Origin: the human T2T-CHM13v2.0 reference genome, Homo sapiens
Reading direction: 5' to 3' (one strand)
DNA length: 64,000 nt
NCBI RefSeq assembly: GCF_009914755.1
Contig: NC_060947.1
Under the pieces are notes generated by a model. It searched no databases, was not told the origin of the DNA, and worked only from the letters and a program-made list of their open reading frames with translations. Position numbers and translations under genes: made by a program. Positions within the stretch are counted from its first letter, which is position 1, and each line of letters begins with the position of its first letter. Positions 40,701-52,999 of this stretch are shown in pieces.

Positions 40701-43700
40701 CACTCGCTGTGTAATTAAATAACTTGGTAAACTCTTAAAATGAACACAGCGTGCTTACTGAAAGTCATTTTTCAAACGAAAGAGTGGTTTGGAAACCAAA
40801 AAAAAAAAAAAACCATCTTGCCTTTTATTAGGAGTATTTCCTTCAACCAATATAAGACTGAACACATTTATGGAAAACAAATTTAAAATGTACTTAGCTT
40901 TGTTTTTATTACCTTCATATCCCTCACTTAATTGTCTGAACATCACAAACAGTGGTAACAGTATGTAACCTCAACACGCTAACACTTTATTTTAAAATCT
41001 TGAAGTAAAACAAACACACTGTCCCATGTTTACACTAAATAAATGAGGGTAAAATAACTGCAAGAGGTCCAATACCTTTGAAAAGTTTCAAATCATCAGT
41101 AATTCATGGTGGGAACAAGATATTCCTTTTATGAAAAACCAAAACTATGCTCTTTCAACAAAACTGCAAGATCTGTCCGCTTTAATGACAATATTAGGCT
41201 GAGATGGACTAACTTAAATTTTATTTCAAAACATGTGCCTAAATTTAGAAATTCTTCATTGACAATCTAAAAAGCCTATCAGTTTATCTCCCACAAGAGC
41301 CATCTGATCCACATAAATCTAATTCTGGACAGCTAAAGGTGTACTATTAATACCTACCATTTCAGTGAATAATTAACAAAAAGCAGGCAACCCTCAACAA
41401 TTTCTGGAGCACAAGCTGATTTTTAAAATCATCTATTTGAAACTCAGACTTTGCCTTTCCAGGAGACAATGATCAATATGCTAGGTTTCCAAGCCCGCTC
41501 ACAAAAGCCTAAATGTCCAAAAGGTTACAGAAGTATAACAAAACACAGAACCTGTGTGGGCAATGTTTCTACAGGAAAATCAATTTAGCATTCCAACTTA
41601 GGATAACAGCAACTACTCCTGACCCATTTAGCCCTGGAGGTAGAAAAAGGAAATCTTCCCTCCCATAACTGGAAGTCTGAGCTTCCCTAGGACCACAGAC
41701 CTCGGCTTCCACTATGAAGGAGGGCAAAAAGGCAGAGCTGGGGTGGGAGGAGATCCAGGGATGAGGAAGGCAAGACCAACTGGGAAAGAAGGATGGAGCG
41801 GGGGATGGCAGCTGAAAGGAGTGAGGAAACAGTGCGAAGATGGCGGCCTGCTGAAGAGGATGAGTGTACAGTGCCTGTTCCTGCAGCACGTGGGCTTTTA
41901 CCAACTTTCCTCCTTGGTGTTTAAGGAGAGGGAAGAAGAGGAGAAACCATTGGAGGGTCTTGACAGTGCCTCCCTCACTCTTGGCTATTCTCATCCTCCT
42001 TTTCAAGAAAGAACAGGGTGGGGTAAGAGATCTTATCCGCATCCCTCTTGACCTCCTAGAGCACGGGATGGTGGAGAAGGGACTTGGAGGAGTTTTGGTG
42101 CCTTCCTTGTTAGCATCCACCCTATCAAAGACTTCAGTGTCAATGGAAAACTAAGGGTGCCAGGTAAATGGTAGGAACAGCATCAGAAGGAGAGGATGGA
42201 AAGTAGAGAAATTTGAAGCAGGGAGGGAAGTAGGATGTTAGAGTTGGACAAATAGAACTGTCCATGAATTAAACTATAATAAATGTTCTTATTTAGGATT
42301 AATTCAGTTTGATAGTTCCAAATATTTCATCAAGTCCATTTCACTTTTAGAGAAATAAATATTTGTGGCCATGGTAATAATTTGAGGTTTACCATATAGA
42401 AGGTATGAAAATAAACTTATAAGTAGATATGAGGCAATTTCCTGGTGTTTTATCTTTATACGGTGGCAATATAAATCATTTCAGAAAGGCTTTATTTACT
42501 TGGTAAGCATTCAGTTACATTATCATTTGTTGATTTTTTTTTTTGCCCTAATAAATAGCCCAAATACCATGAGTAATTACTTTCACAAGTAAGGAAGTAT
42601 ATTTTATTTAACGCTTTCTTGGGAGTATAACTATATTTAAAAACTTATTCAGACCACAGATTGCCCATCAAGATGCCAAGGGATTACTTAAAACAGTCTC
42701 TAAAGCTACATAATACACACACATACTGATGTGTACTGAGGAACACAAGACTCCTTTTTCTGTTTCCATGAAGACAGGACTACTTAACTGAAGGCCCCCA
42801 AACAATGTACTTCTTAAAAGATGAAGCAGCAAACCCCAAATTTCAAAACTTTTCTAGAACTTTCAGCCAGAGATAATTAACTAGGCAGCTAAACCTGACT
42901 AAGTGACTTGGTGGAGGATGACTACCAGACATTTAGTATCTTTTTCTCTTTTTTTCTGATTTCTGTGGCTGTTCCACTTCAACTCTATTCAGATGTGGAG
43001 CCCTTCTCTTGAGCAGGCTCTGCAGCACATAAGAAATGCAACAGCAAAGACCAGTGGGAGATAAAAGTGACCACTGGCAAGATGTTCCTGCTGTTTCATC
43101 AACACCTCAGATACTGCCTGGGAACCTGTTAAGGTCTTTCATTCCCTTGCCCCATAGCAGATTATGGTGGATCCCAGAAGAGCTGCCGTCTTTTCTGCAA
43201 ATCATGAATAGGGTCCAAAACCTTTGTATCAAATTATTAAAGAGAAGAAAAACAGGGTCAGCTGTCAAGTACTCCACTTGCTGGAGAAGGCAGGGATGTG
43301 TATGTGTACCTCCAAGCTGATAAAGCAAATTCAAACCCCTATAGATAGTTGCCATGTAATAATGTAATTTGAAATACTATTCAGGACTAGAATAAACAAA
43401 ATATTTGTTCTTTGAAGTATCTTGGGCATGCTGACACAAGAGGCAAAGTAACTGAAAATATCTGAATTTCAGATAGGTCACTACCAGCTATCAGGAATCT
43501 CTTTACAGATCAGCAGACTTCTAGCTCAAATGTTACCTCTGGCTAGAAAATGGACGCATCTGAAAAGAAAAAAAAACCTTGAGATTATCTGGAGCCAAGG
43601 ACACTGAAAGCTTTCAAGATTACCAACAGAACTGAAAGGTTTCTTTGTAACACAAATTTCCATTTTCATAAAATTTGTATCAGTCAGCACAAAAACTTAC

Positions 43701-45331
43701 GCAGAGTATGGTGAAAGAACACACACTCTAGAATCAGACCTACATGAGTTTGAGTTCTAGCTCTGCAATTTACCAGCTATATAATCTCCTCAGCGAAGTC
43801 GCCAAAGAATATTGGAGGTTAGTATTGTTCTGTGCAATCGGCATAACATTATCTTTAGCATAGGGTAGCTGTGAGGATCTCCAGTGCCTGAATATAATCG
43901 ACGTTAGCTCTGTTTGCTCCAACAAACTGTACACAATGTGGTATCTATAACTGAGGGGAAGACTCCATCAAATAAACATATGGATGAAAATTCAGGGTGA
44001 CTGAATGCAGATTATGTTCTTTCAGATGTGAAGATGAAAATCACATATTTAATATTTACCTTCACTGAAGTCTTTCCCTTGATTAAGCCAGTTGTAAGCA
44101 AGTGGGGGCGGGGGCTGTCCCTACGGTTGTAAAGATTCATATCACACACTGACTAAAAAGCATGTATATGTATGTGCCTGTATTCTTCCGGTGTTCATAA
44201 AACACACCATCACAAAACTTACCATGGGTGATGAGGCCCTTTATAATTTAACACTGTGCAAAATTAAACTCTCATCTCAAAAAACCCTTTCTTCTTCCAC
44301 GTGTTCTTGTATACTACTGCAAATCATTACTAAAGCAAAGAAAAAAGTAAATTCTCTTATCCTTTCAAAATGAAAAAGTGCGCAAAGAAAGCTCAGTTTG
44401 CCAAACTGTTCCCTTTTCTCATTCATTCTTGTTCTTTTAGAAACCAGAAGTAAATATACTGTATGCCAAAATGACTGCCTGATTGACAAACGTCACTGAA
44501 GAAACACATCGAACTGACAAGCCCGGTCTGGACCAAAGGTGGCAAGTTTTCTTAAATAATTTAAATAAGTTACATTTCAGTAGAAACAGAAGGATTTACA
44601 CTTTAACACATTAACAAACTTTGGATCTTTTTATGCAGCTTACTTTATGCCTCACCTGTCCCTCACCCTTCAAATCCTGCTTTTACGCACTTTATGAGCT
44701 GGCACACGGTAGTAAACTACAGAACTCCAACTGGGAATAACTCTAATCTGTTGTTGGACCTCAGAGGACTGCTTGTGCGATCTTTAAAGGAAAGCAGTGT
44801 TTTCTCCTTACTCAACACCTACCAACAGTCATCTGGAAACCTCCTCTCCAACAATTCTTACTATACTGCTACTAACCTTCACATCTCTCAACACCCTCAA
44901 CGGCCCCCACGCTGGTGCTGCTAGTCCTCATCCTCAAACACCTTCCTGGGGGCTTAAAGCCGGTCCACAGAGGCTCACTCTCCGCAATGCCTAGGGTCCG
45001 GCGAGGAAGGGCATCGTCCCCTCCGTTTGGGGGACCAAGGCCAATCAAGTCGACACCCCACCCCAGCCACTCCCTCTCCCCTCGGCCTCTCGGGGCGTCT
45101 GGGGCGGGCGCGGACGCGCCAGGCCCTGCGCAAACCTCCGGCAGCCCCGCAGTTCCCGCTGTCAGCCGCAGTCCCGGGCCGGGGTGAGTCCCCGGGACGC
45201 CGCAGTTGCGCACACGCCCACCGTCTCAGGCACAGGGTCACTGGGACGATCCCGGGGGCGCCCCCGACGTCCCTGCTCGGGCAGGTGCCGGGCCTCCCCG
45301 CGGACACTCACCAGGCGGCTGCTGCTCTCTG

Positions 45332-45349
45332 GCCGCCGCCGCCGCCGCC
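45332..45349. repeat. (GCC)6 / (CGG) trinucleotide tract in exon 1
   Basis: Directly counted. Confidence 0.95.
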
Positions 45350-45454
45350 TCGCCCTCACGCCCGTCGCCTACTCCCGCGGGGGGTCCGGGCCGGCGCCGC
45401 TTCCCCGCCCGAACCCCCAGGGTACGCGCCGTGCAGGGCCGGGATCCGGTGTGA

Positions 45455-45475
45455 GCCGCCGCCGCCGCCGCCGCC
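45455..45475. repeat. (GCC)7 / (CGG) trinucleotide tract near TSS
   Basis: Directly counted. Confidence 0.95.
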
Positions 45476-46467
45476 CCCTTTCCTCCCTCCTCCCTCAGTG
45501 CGTCCCTCCCACCGAGGCCCGCCTCGTATTTCCTAGATCCGGTCTGAGCGAGAGCTTGGCAAGCAAGCTCTGGCTTCAGGGCTTCCGTCGGGCGCCGTCG
45601 CTCGCCAGGCACAAAGATGGCGCCGCCGGGTACTGCCCAGGGCGATCTCGCGAGGCTTCCCCCACAGGAACAGGAGGGCGGGGGCCCAAAGGAAAGGTGA
45701 TAAGTTAGGGAAGCCTGAGCAAACGCTTCCCATATCGGAAATGGGCAGTACCAGTTACCGAAGAAGTTACTGCGCCTGCGTGCGCGGGTAATGACGCATG
45801 CCCGGAACGGCCCCTAAAGTAGGACCTAGTTCTCCAGGTTTTACCTGTTTCCACTAGTGGCGCGGGGCGGGGTAATGAAACCCAGTCAAGAAACCCAGTA
45901 AAGGGCTTGGCAGGACCAGGCACCAAGTGAGAGGCGTCCCTTAAGGCTTGGTCATCCCTCAGGAGCCCGAATGGCCAACACACTTTTTGCGTCCCCGGGA
46001 GTCTTCTAACCCTTTGCTTGTCCTTATGGGTTTTGTCACCGAGTATTCTGTGCAAAGCCTCAGCTGCACCTTCTTCATCCTGTTATGGGTTCACATTATT
46101 AATCAAGAGCTTCTTGCTGTGTGCTTGCAGATGGCCTCACAGCTGGCAGCCACAGTCCTCCTGTTTCCCACATCACCATCTAACTTTCTCTTTCATTTTT
46201 AGTGCTACATGAGCCATCTGATACTAATAATTCTTTTTCCTATTTTATTTTTTCTTGCTCATTCATTCAAACGTGTGTTGTTCAGTTTCCTATGTGCCAG
46301 CTACTGAGGAAATGCTGTGATCTCAGGGAGCTATTGGTCTGGGATGGAGATGAATGAGAAAAAACAATGACGACACTTTAGCACAGTAAGTTCTATGATA
46401 GAAATGAGTACAGAGAGGAGTGACAGATATGGGGGGAGGATATAGAATACATCAAAGAGGAAATTCC

Positions 46468-46756
46468 TTTTTTTTTTTTGAGACCGAGTCTCACTCTGTT
46501 GCCTAGGCTGGAGTGCAGTGGTGTGATCTCGGCTCACTCCAACCTCAGCCTCCCAGGTTCAAGTGATTCTCGTGCCTCAGCCTCCCGAGTAGCTGCGACT
46601 ACAGGTGTGTGCCACCATGCCCGGCTGATTAGTTTTGGTAGAGACAGGGTTTCTCCTGTTGACCAGGCTGGTCTTGAACTCCTGACCTCAGGTGATCTGC
46701 CCGCCTCGGCCTCCCAAAGTGCTGGGATTACAGGTGGTGAGCCACCGCGCCCAGCC
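46468..46756 (-). mobile_element. Alu (AluSx-like)
   Basis: TSD aaagaggaaattc / aaagagaaaattc. Confidence 0.95.
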
Positions 46757-46819
46757 AAAGAGAAAATTCTTGAGCGGTGTCTGACAGGCATAGGATTTAG
46801 TCCAGTGAATCACTCAGGG

Positions 46820-47850
46820 CGATAGCAGGAAACAAACCACCCCAATTATTTCAACCAAGAGAATTTAATATCAAGAATTGATTATTAGGCAACTGATAAG
46901 GTCAGAGAGAACTCTTAATGTATCGCAGAGGTAGCAACTGCAGGAAGCAGCTACTATGCCTAGAGCTAGGAGGAGGAAGGGAAGAGGTTGGGATTATTAC
47001 AATTTAGACGTTTAGAGGAATTGCCTTGTGGAGGTAAAACTCAGACCTCTGAGAAAGGAGCAGCATCTGCTGGTGCTCGTGTCTTTGAGTGGGGCTCAAG
47101 ACGTTGTCTCTGCAAGTGTGGGGAAACTGCAAAGGATCCAACTGCTGCTATGGGAAGGAAGTTCTCCTGTCCCTCTGGGAGCTTCCAATCTCCCTCTAGC
47201 CTGGGGATGAGAATGTGACACCTGGACTGGAGCTGAACTTGACCCACATCCTGAAGTAGAGCAGCTCCAGTGTCAAGAGCCACTCATTTTGGAAGCTGGA
47301 TGTGGTCAGAAAGGGGGTCATTCACTCCTATCACACACCCCACATACTGGGGCCCATCGTGCTGAAACATTTGTAGAAAACCTGCTTCAAGTTCAGGTTT
47401 CGGACCAAGCAGAGCAGCCCCAGCCAACTCACAAACCCATGAGTGAGAAATAAATGCTTATTGTAGCATGGCACTGAGACTTTTCCTTATTACGTGGCAA
47501 AAGTGGACTAATACGGCAGCTCTGTTCCACAAAGTGAGCCACGGTTTAGTCTCCCTATGTCTTCTTGCTCCACCATTCCTAGACTGTCGTCCTAGTCTAC
47601 ATGGTCCAGAATGGCTCAGCACGACATCACATTTCAGTCATCAAGGGTGTGAAAGCCTACCCATTTCCTTTAAGGGCATGACCCAGAAGTTGTTACCATC
47701 AACTTATGTTCACAACCCACTGGCCAGAACTTAATCACGTTATTGCATCTACCTGCAAGGGAGACTGTGAAATGTGGTCTTATTCTAAGCAGTCCTGTAA
47801 CTAGCTAAACATTCCATGACTTTGGAAAAAACATTGAGGGGACAACCAGA
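46820..47850. mobile_element. MLT1-type (MaLR) LTR fragments
   Basis: 'gagtgagaaataaatgcttattgt...gactaatac' LTR end and 'attggccagaact-like...atctacctgcaagggagactg' motifs. Confidence 0.55.
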
Positions 47851-49247
47851 AGCCCCATAAAATTATCAAAACCCAGACCTTATTTGAAGTTATATCTTGT
47901 CCTCTCTCCCAGTTGGATCCTACCACCAATGAGGAGCTTGGAGTCAAGGAAGCAGGTGTAACCCTTCTCTTTCCGTCCCTTAGGCTTCTACTTCTCCTAC
48001 CCTATCTTGCTAACCATAGCTGTATCTCCTCCAGGGATGAAGAGGATAGAAATGGAGGTGGCAAGGTGTTGCTTTACTGATCCTTTCATAAGATGGCTTT
48101 GTCCTCTCTGGACATGGCAAATGCCGAAAATTGGCTCTTTGTTGATTTCTTCTGTGAGTTCTTCTTAGGGTCCCACTGGGGAGATTCAGGAGTACCTCTC
48201 AGGACACAAATGAAGCTCTTTCTTCCATCTAGCCTCTCTCTCCTCAGCCCTTTGTCTCTCTTACTTTTCAATGCTGCTGTAAGTCCTCTATTGGTTGTCA
48301 ATGCCTTCTATGTGACTGGCATCCGAATGCTGGCTCTCATAGGGTGAGTATGATTGTTCAGGACCCCCTTCACTGCACATTTCTTAAATATGGACTCAAT
48401 CCTTTTAAACTTCTCCTCAGCCCCTGTCTCTTGTGGAATACCTATAGTTTCTTACTGCCAGTATCGCTTCACCAACTGGCAAGCCCTTTGGCAGGCACAA
48501 GCAAATGGCTCAAGTTATTTTGCCTTCTGAGACACTCACCTGATCCATGAGAAGTTCACAAGTCCTTGCCATGCTGAACAACAGACATGCTGCCTTGTCA
48601 TTGCTGCTCCAGCAAGTTTTCTGCCTTCAGAATTCTGACAAGAGGCAGTCTCAGTGTCTATACTGACATGGGCCTCCAAACTCCAGGGATACATAGCAGG
48701 CTCTCTCTAAAACTTTCTCTCCAGGTTGGACCTACAGATAGCTTCAGTTCAGTAACCAAGCATCTGGAGGGTGATATATCTTGAAGACATTCTTAATCAG
48801 CTCTCATAGGCCACCTCACTCTCATTTTTCTCATTGGCTTCCCCTTTTTCAATGGGAGAGAAAATGTACAACACCCCCTTTAAGGTAATAACTAATAAAC
48901 CTCTCCCTTGTAGTCTTCTCTTATTTAGGCTGGAGGAAGTGTTTGAGTGAGGCCATAGAACCGGTTTTGTCACCTCTTGGTGAGTCCTGTAGAGAAGTGC
49001 CTAGGAGCTCTCTTTGGAATGTGATAGTACTTAGTATGCATTCTTTTCACCTGTATCATCAGACACATCTTATGTACCATTTCAGATATTTTTAGCCTCA
49101 CCTGTTGTATCAATATTCCATTGTCCTGTAACAAACCACTTCAAAACATAGTCTAAAATAATAATCATGTTATTTTCTCATTATGCTGTGGGTCAGCAAA
49201 TTGGGGTGGGCTCAGCCAGGCAGTTTTTCTTCTGGTCTCACATGGGG

Positions 49248-49770
49248 TCACTCATGGTAGAAAGAATAGAGGCTATTCATGGGACCAACGACATTCTGTG
49301 TCACCCCCAACTCCACAAGGTATGGTCTAAAAGCTAAAAAGTGAGCTGGGCCTTTCATGGACCATTTCATGAGGCTGTCTGCTTCTACAGGATAAGGTAT
49401 ATGATACCAGCAGTTCTTACTGTCATGTGCAACTCCTTTGCAGTAAAATGGGTCCATTGGTTTAAGGCAATACTTTGTGGGATACCATGTTACTAGATGA
49501 CCATTTGCAAACTCCTGAATGGTGGTGCTCGTGCAGAAACTGCGGATAGGTAAGCCAAACTCATATTTGGAGTATGAATCAGTTCTGGCAAGAATGAACT
49601 GCATGCCCCACACCCCGTGTGGAAGGGATCCAAAGTAATCAATCTGCTAAAGTGTCTGGTCTCCTTGAGAAATGGTGCTGTACTGTGGGCTCAGTGTTGA
49701 TCTCTGCTGCTGGTAGGTCGGGCCAGTAATAGCTAATTGAGCCTTGGTAAGAGGGAGCCCTTGCTGGGCC
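49248..49770 (-). mobile_element. ERVL/MaLR internal integrase relic
   Basis: ORF 49248..49613 (FILARTDSYSKYEFGLP...TTIQ...WYHIPYPVEADSLMKW) resembles the ERVL integrase core (DTYSGYGFAFP...TTI...YHxPxHPEAAGLIERW), with frameshifts. Confidence 0.7.
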
Positions 49771-50766
49771 TGAAGGGTAACACTGGGTTCTGTTGAGAGG
49801 ATCCCTTGCCCCTTTGCTTTCCCTTCTTATAGTGCAAGTCTAAGAGAAGCCTTGTCAGTGATGGACTACTCAGGCTGCTTGATGCCAGGCAATCTGAAGT
49901 TGTGGTGCCAACTGTTTATAGGCATTGTCTGGGACCTTGGGGTTAATTAGATATTACAATTCTTCTATGAGGGGGAGAAGTCCTGTGGGAAGCTGAAATC
50001 GGATGCAGCTTTTCCCTTTGGTAAAAGGGCAGATCCCTGGTTCCAGTTAGCTTTTTGCCTGTAACCCAACATGAGTTCTCAGGATCACATTTAGACAAAT
50101 CTGCTCTTTGTACTAAAATGCCCTATTTAAATTATGTTAATGTTCTGTGTAGACCCCTTGATTTTTACTTTGTGATTTAGTGATTCTCAATGAAAAAGGG
50201 GTTTCTCATAATCTAATTTTTTTCTGTATATTCTACCCCCTACTCTGCTTCCCACCTAATCTTCATTTAGTACTTGTGCCTGTACTGGCCAGTACCTTAA
50301 ATAACAAGTGTCAGAATGCCTTCTGAGCTTGCTAGAAGAATTAAGAGCAACCTACTCTAATTTTCCCTATCATAAGCACAAGAAACAACTGAATTGAGCC
50401 CTCTTATACCAAGACACTGAAAGAGGGAATATAAAATTATTAATTAGTTCTATATCATAACTATAGTGGGGACTCTGTCTAAAGAACAGCACCAACCCAA
50501 AGGTAGTGAACTGAGGGTTAAAGGGAGAGACAGAAGAACTAGGTTTGGAGGATATCATTTGTACTCCTGCATCATGCAGTACTTAAAACCAGCCCTATCT
50601 TCTAGACTATTTAGTTACATGATCTCTTTTCCTTTTGCATAAGCCTGTTTGAGATACGTTTTCTGTCACTTGCAAAGAAAAGATTCTAAATGAATATATC
50701 ATGAATGAATGAGCATAAGAAATGAATGGTTTGAATACTCAAGATCATGACTGAGTATAGGGAAGG

Positions 50767-51128
50767 TGATATGGTTTGGCTCTGTGTCCCCACCCAAATC
50801 TCATCTTGAATTGTACTCCTATAATTCCCACGTGTTGTGGGAGGGACCCCGTAGGAGATCACTGAATCACGGGGGTGGTTTCCCCCATACTGTATTCCTG
50901 ATAGTGAGTAAGTCTTACGAGATCTGATGGTGTGATAAGGGGAAACCGTTTTGCTTGGCTCTCATTCTCTCTCTTGCTGCCACCATGTGAGACGTGCCTT
51001 TTACCTTCCACCATGATTGTGAGGCCTCCCCAGCCATGTGGACCAGTAAGTCCAATAAACCTCTTTCTTTTGTAAATTGCTCAGTCTTGGGTATCTCTTT
51101 ATTAGCAGCATAGAAATTGACTAATACA
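50767..51128 (+). mobile_element. THE1 (THE1B-like) solo LTR
   Basis: tgatatggtttggctctgtgtccccacccaaatctc ... gactaataca. Perfect 5-bp TSD GAAGG. Confidence 0.93.
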
Positions 51129-52076
51129 GAAGGCAAAGTGACCAAAAATATTTATATTGTTTCACTAAAATGAATCCAATTTTTGCCTAGTGCTTAGGGC
51201 TCAACATGTAATAAATACTCAAGACATAAGTGCTCAATAAGCATGTGTTAAATTAATTGTAATTCTACAAAAGGAAACACACCTGGAGAACCTAAGGTGA
51301 CACAGTGAGTGGACAGGGGCAGGATTTAAACCCCTCTCCACCAAAAGTAAGTGATTTATGAATCAATACTGCTTACAAAATATTGTAGCTGAGAGTGTTC
51401 TTTGCTTTTGGGAAGGCTATAGGCTACCCTTCAATAAACATAAAAAATGGCTTGTTTTAGTAGCTTTTTTTCCTGATGGTCTTGAGGTTTTCCTGAACCA
51501 CAGAGTTTCCTTTCCATAGTAAACATGTAATAGTACAAAGAGACATTTGACAGATGAAAATTGAGGTTAAGAGAATTGCCCAAGGTAATAGGTAACCGGT
51601 TCAGCCAAGATGGGAATTCAGCCCTTCCCTTCCCAAATGCAATGAGCTCTCTGCCAGGAACACCAGAAACAGTAAGTGTCATTTATTCATAGCCTTAGGG
51701 ATTAATTCATCGTTCAACATACATTTATTGAGCCACATTCTGAGGACACCGAGATGAATAAGACAAAGTCCATGGCTTCAAGGTATTTGCAGCCTATTAG
51801 AAAGAATGTCACATAAACAAATAAGCATAATGGAATGTAGCAAATGAAGCCATAGCTCATGCCTTTGGTGTTCTAGAAGCTATGGGTCTGGAGGAAGTGT
51901 TTGGGAGAGTGGGGATTGCTAAAAGTTATGGGTGGGAGAGAGTTAGTTGTCTTCAGTTGTCCTGAAAGAGGTCATGTGTAAACTCATAATAAAAATGAGT
52001 AAGTATATGTCCAGTTATTATAAATAAAATAATTAAATTCAAAATTAAGGTTTATTATTATTTCCATCTTGCCTAG

Positions 52077-52402
<326 letters not shown>

Positions 52403-52676
52403 AATGTCTCCTTTTGCTACTTAAAAAGATGATTTGCTTACTCCCACATCTCATGCTCTCAATCAGAGAGTGATGACACCATAAGAACTCTTTCTAACTT
52501 CTTTTTCTACAATCTTCTGACTCACTGTTGTGAGCTCAGAGATGTGAAAGAGAACAGTTGGGAGATGCTAAATCATGGTGCATGAGAGTGAGTCCTCTTG
52601 ATATTCCTTAGACAAGGAATAGTCTTGGAGTAGCCGATAAAGTGCATGCATAGATCTTTCAAACCCAGATGGGTTA

Positions 52677-52999
<323 letters not shown>

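Larger units (their letters stand above)
45312..45500 (-). other. TAB3: TAB3 exon 1 (non-coding, GC-rich; 5' end/TSS approximate)
   Basis: Consensus donor CTG|GTGAGT at 45311-45306 inside the CpG island. No ATG on the minus strand. The TSS cannot be fixed from sequence alone. Confidence 0.8.
44900..45960. promoter_or_regulatory. CpG island / TAB3 promoter
   Basis: Very high GC and CpG density compared with the AT-rich flanks. Motifs: YY1-like AAGATGGCG 45614-45622, TCTCGCGAGG 45646-45655, NRF1-like TGCGCCTGCG 45771-45780, TGACGCA 45792-45798, ETS CCGGAA 45802-45807, GC box GGGGCGGGG 45864-45872. Confidence 0.93.

Noticed and set aside
38266-41040. 14-mer tgtttacactaaat (FOX-like) present at 38266 and 41027
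   Set aside because: A 14-bp AT-rich match is expected by chance in 64 kb.
41569-42154. 183-aa and overlapping ORFs as a nested gene or processed pseudogene
   Set aside because: No recognisable homology, poly(A) tail or TSD. Kept only as a regulatory candidate.
44694-46055. Many overlapping 60-174 aa ORFs in the CpG island
   Set aside because: Stop-codon scarcity in GC-rich DNA; R/P/G/A-rich with no recognisable domain.
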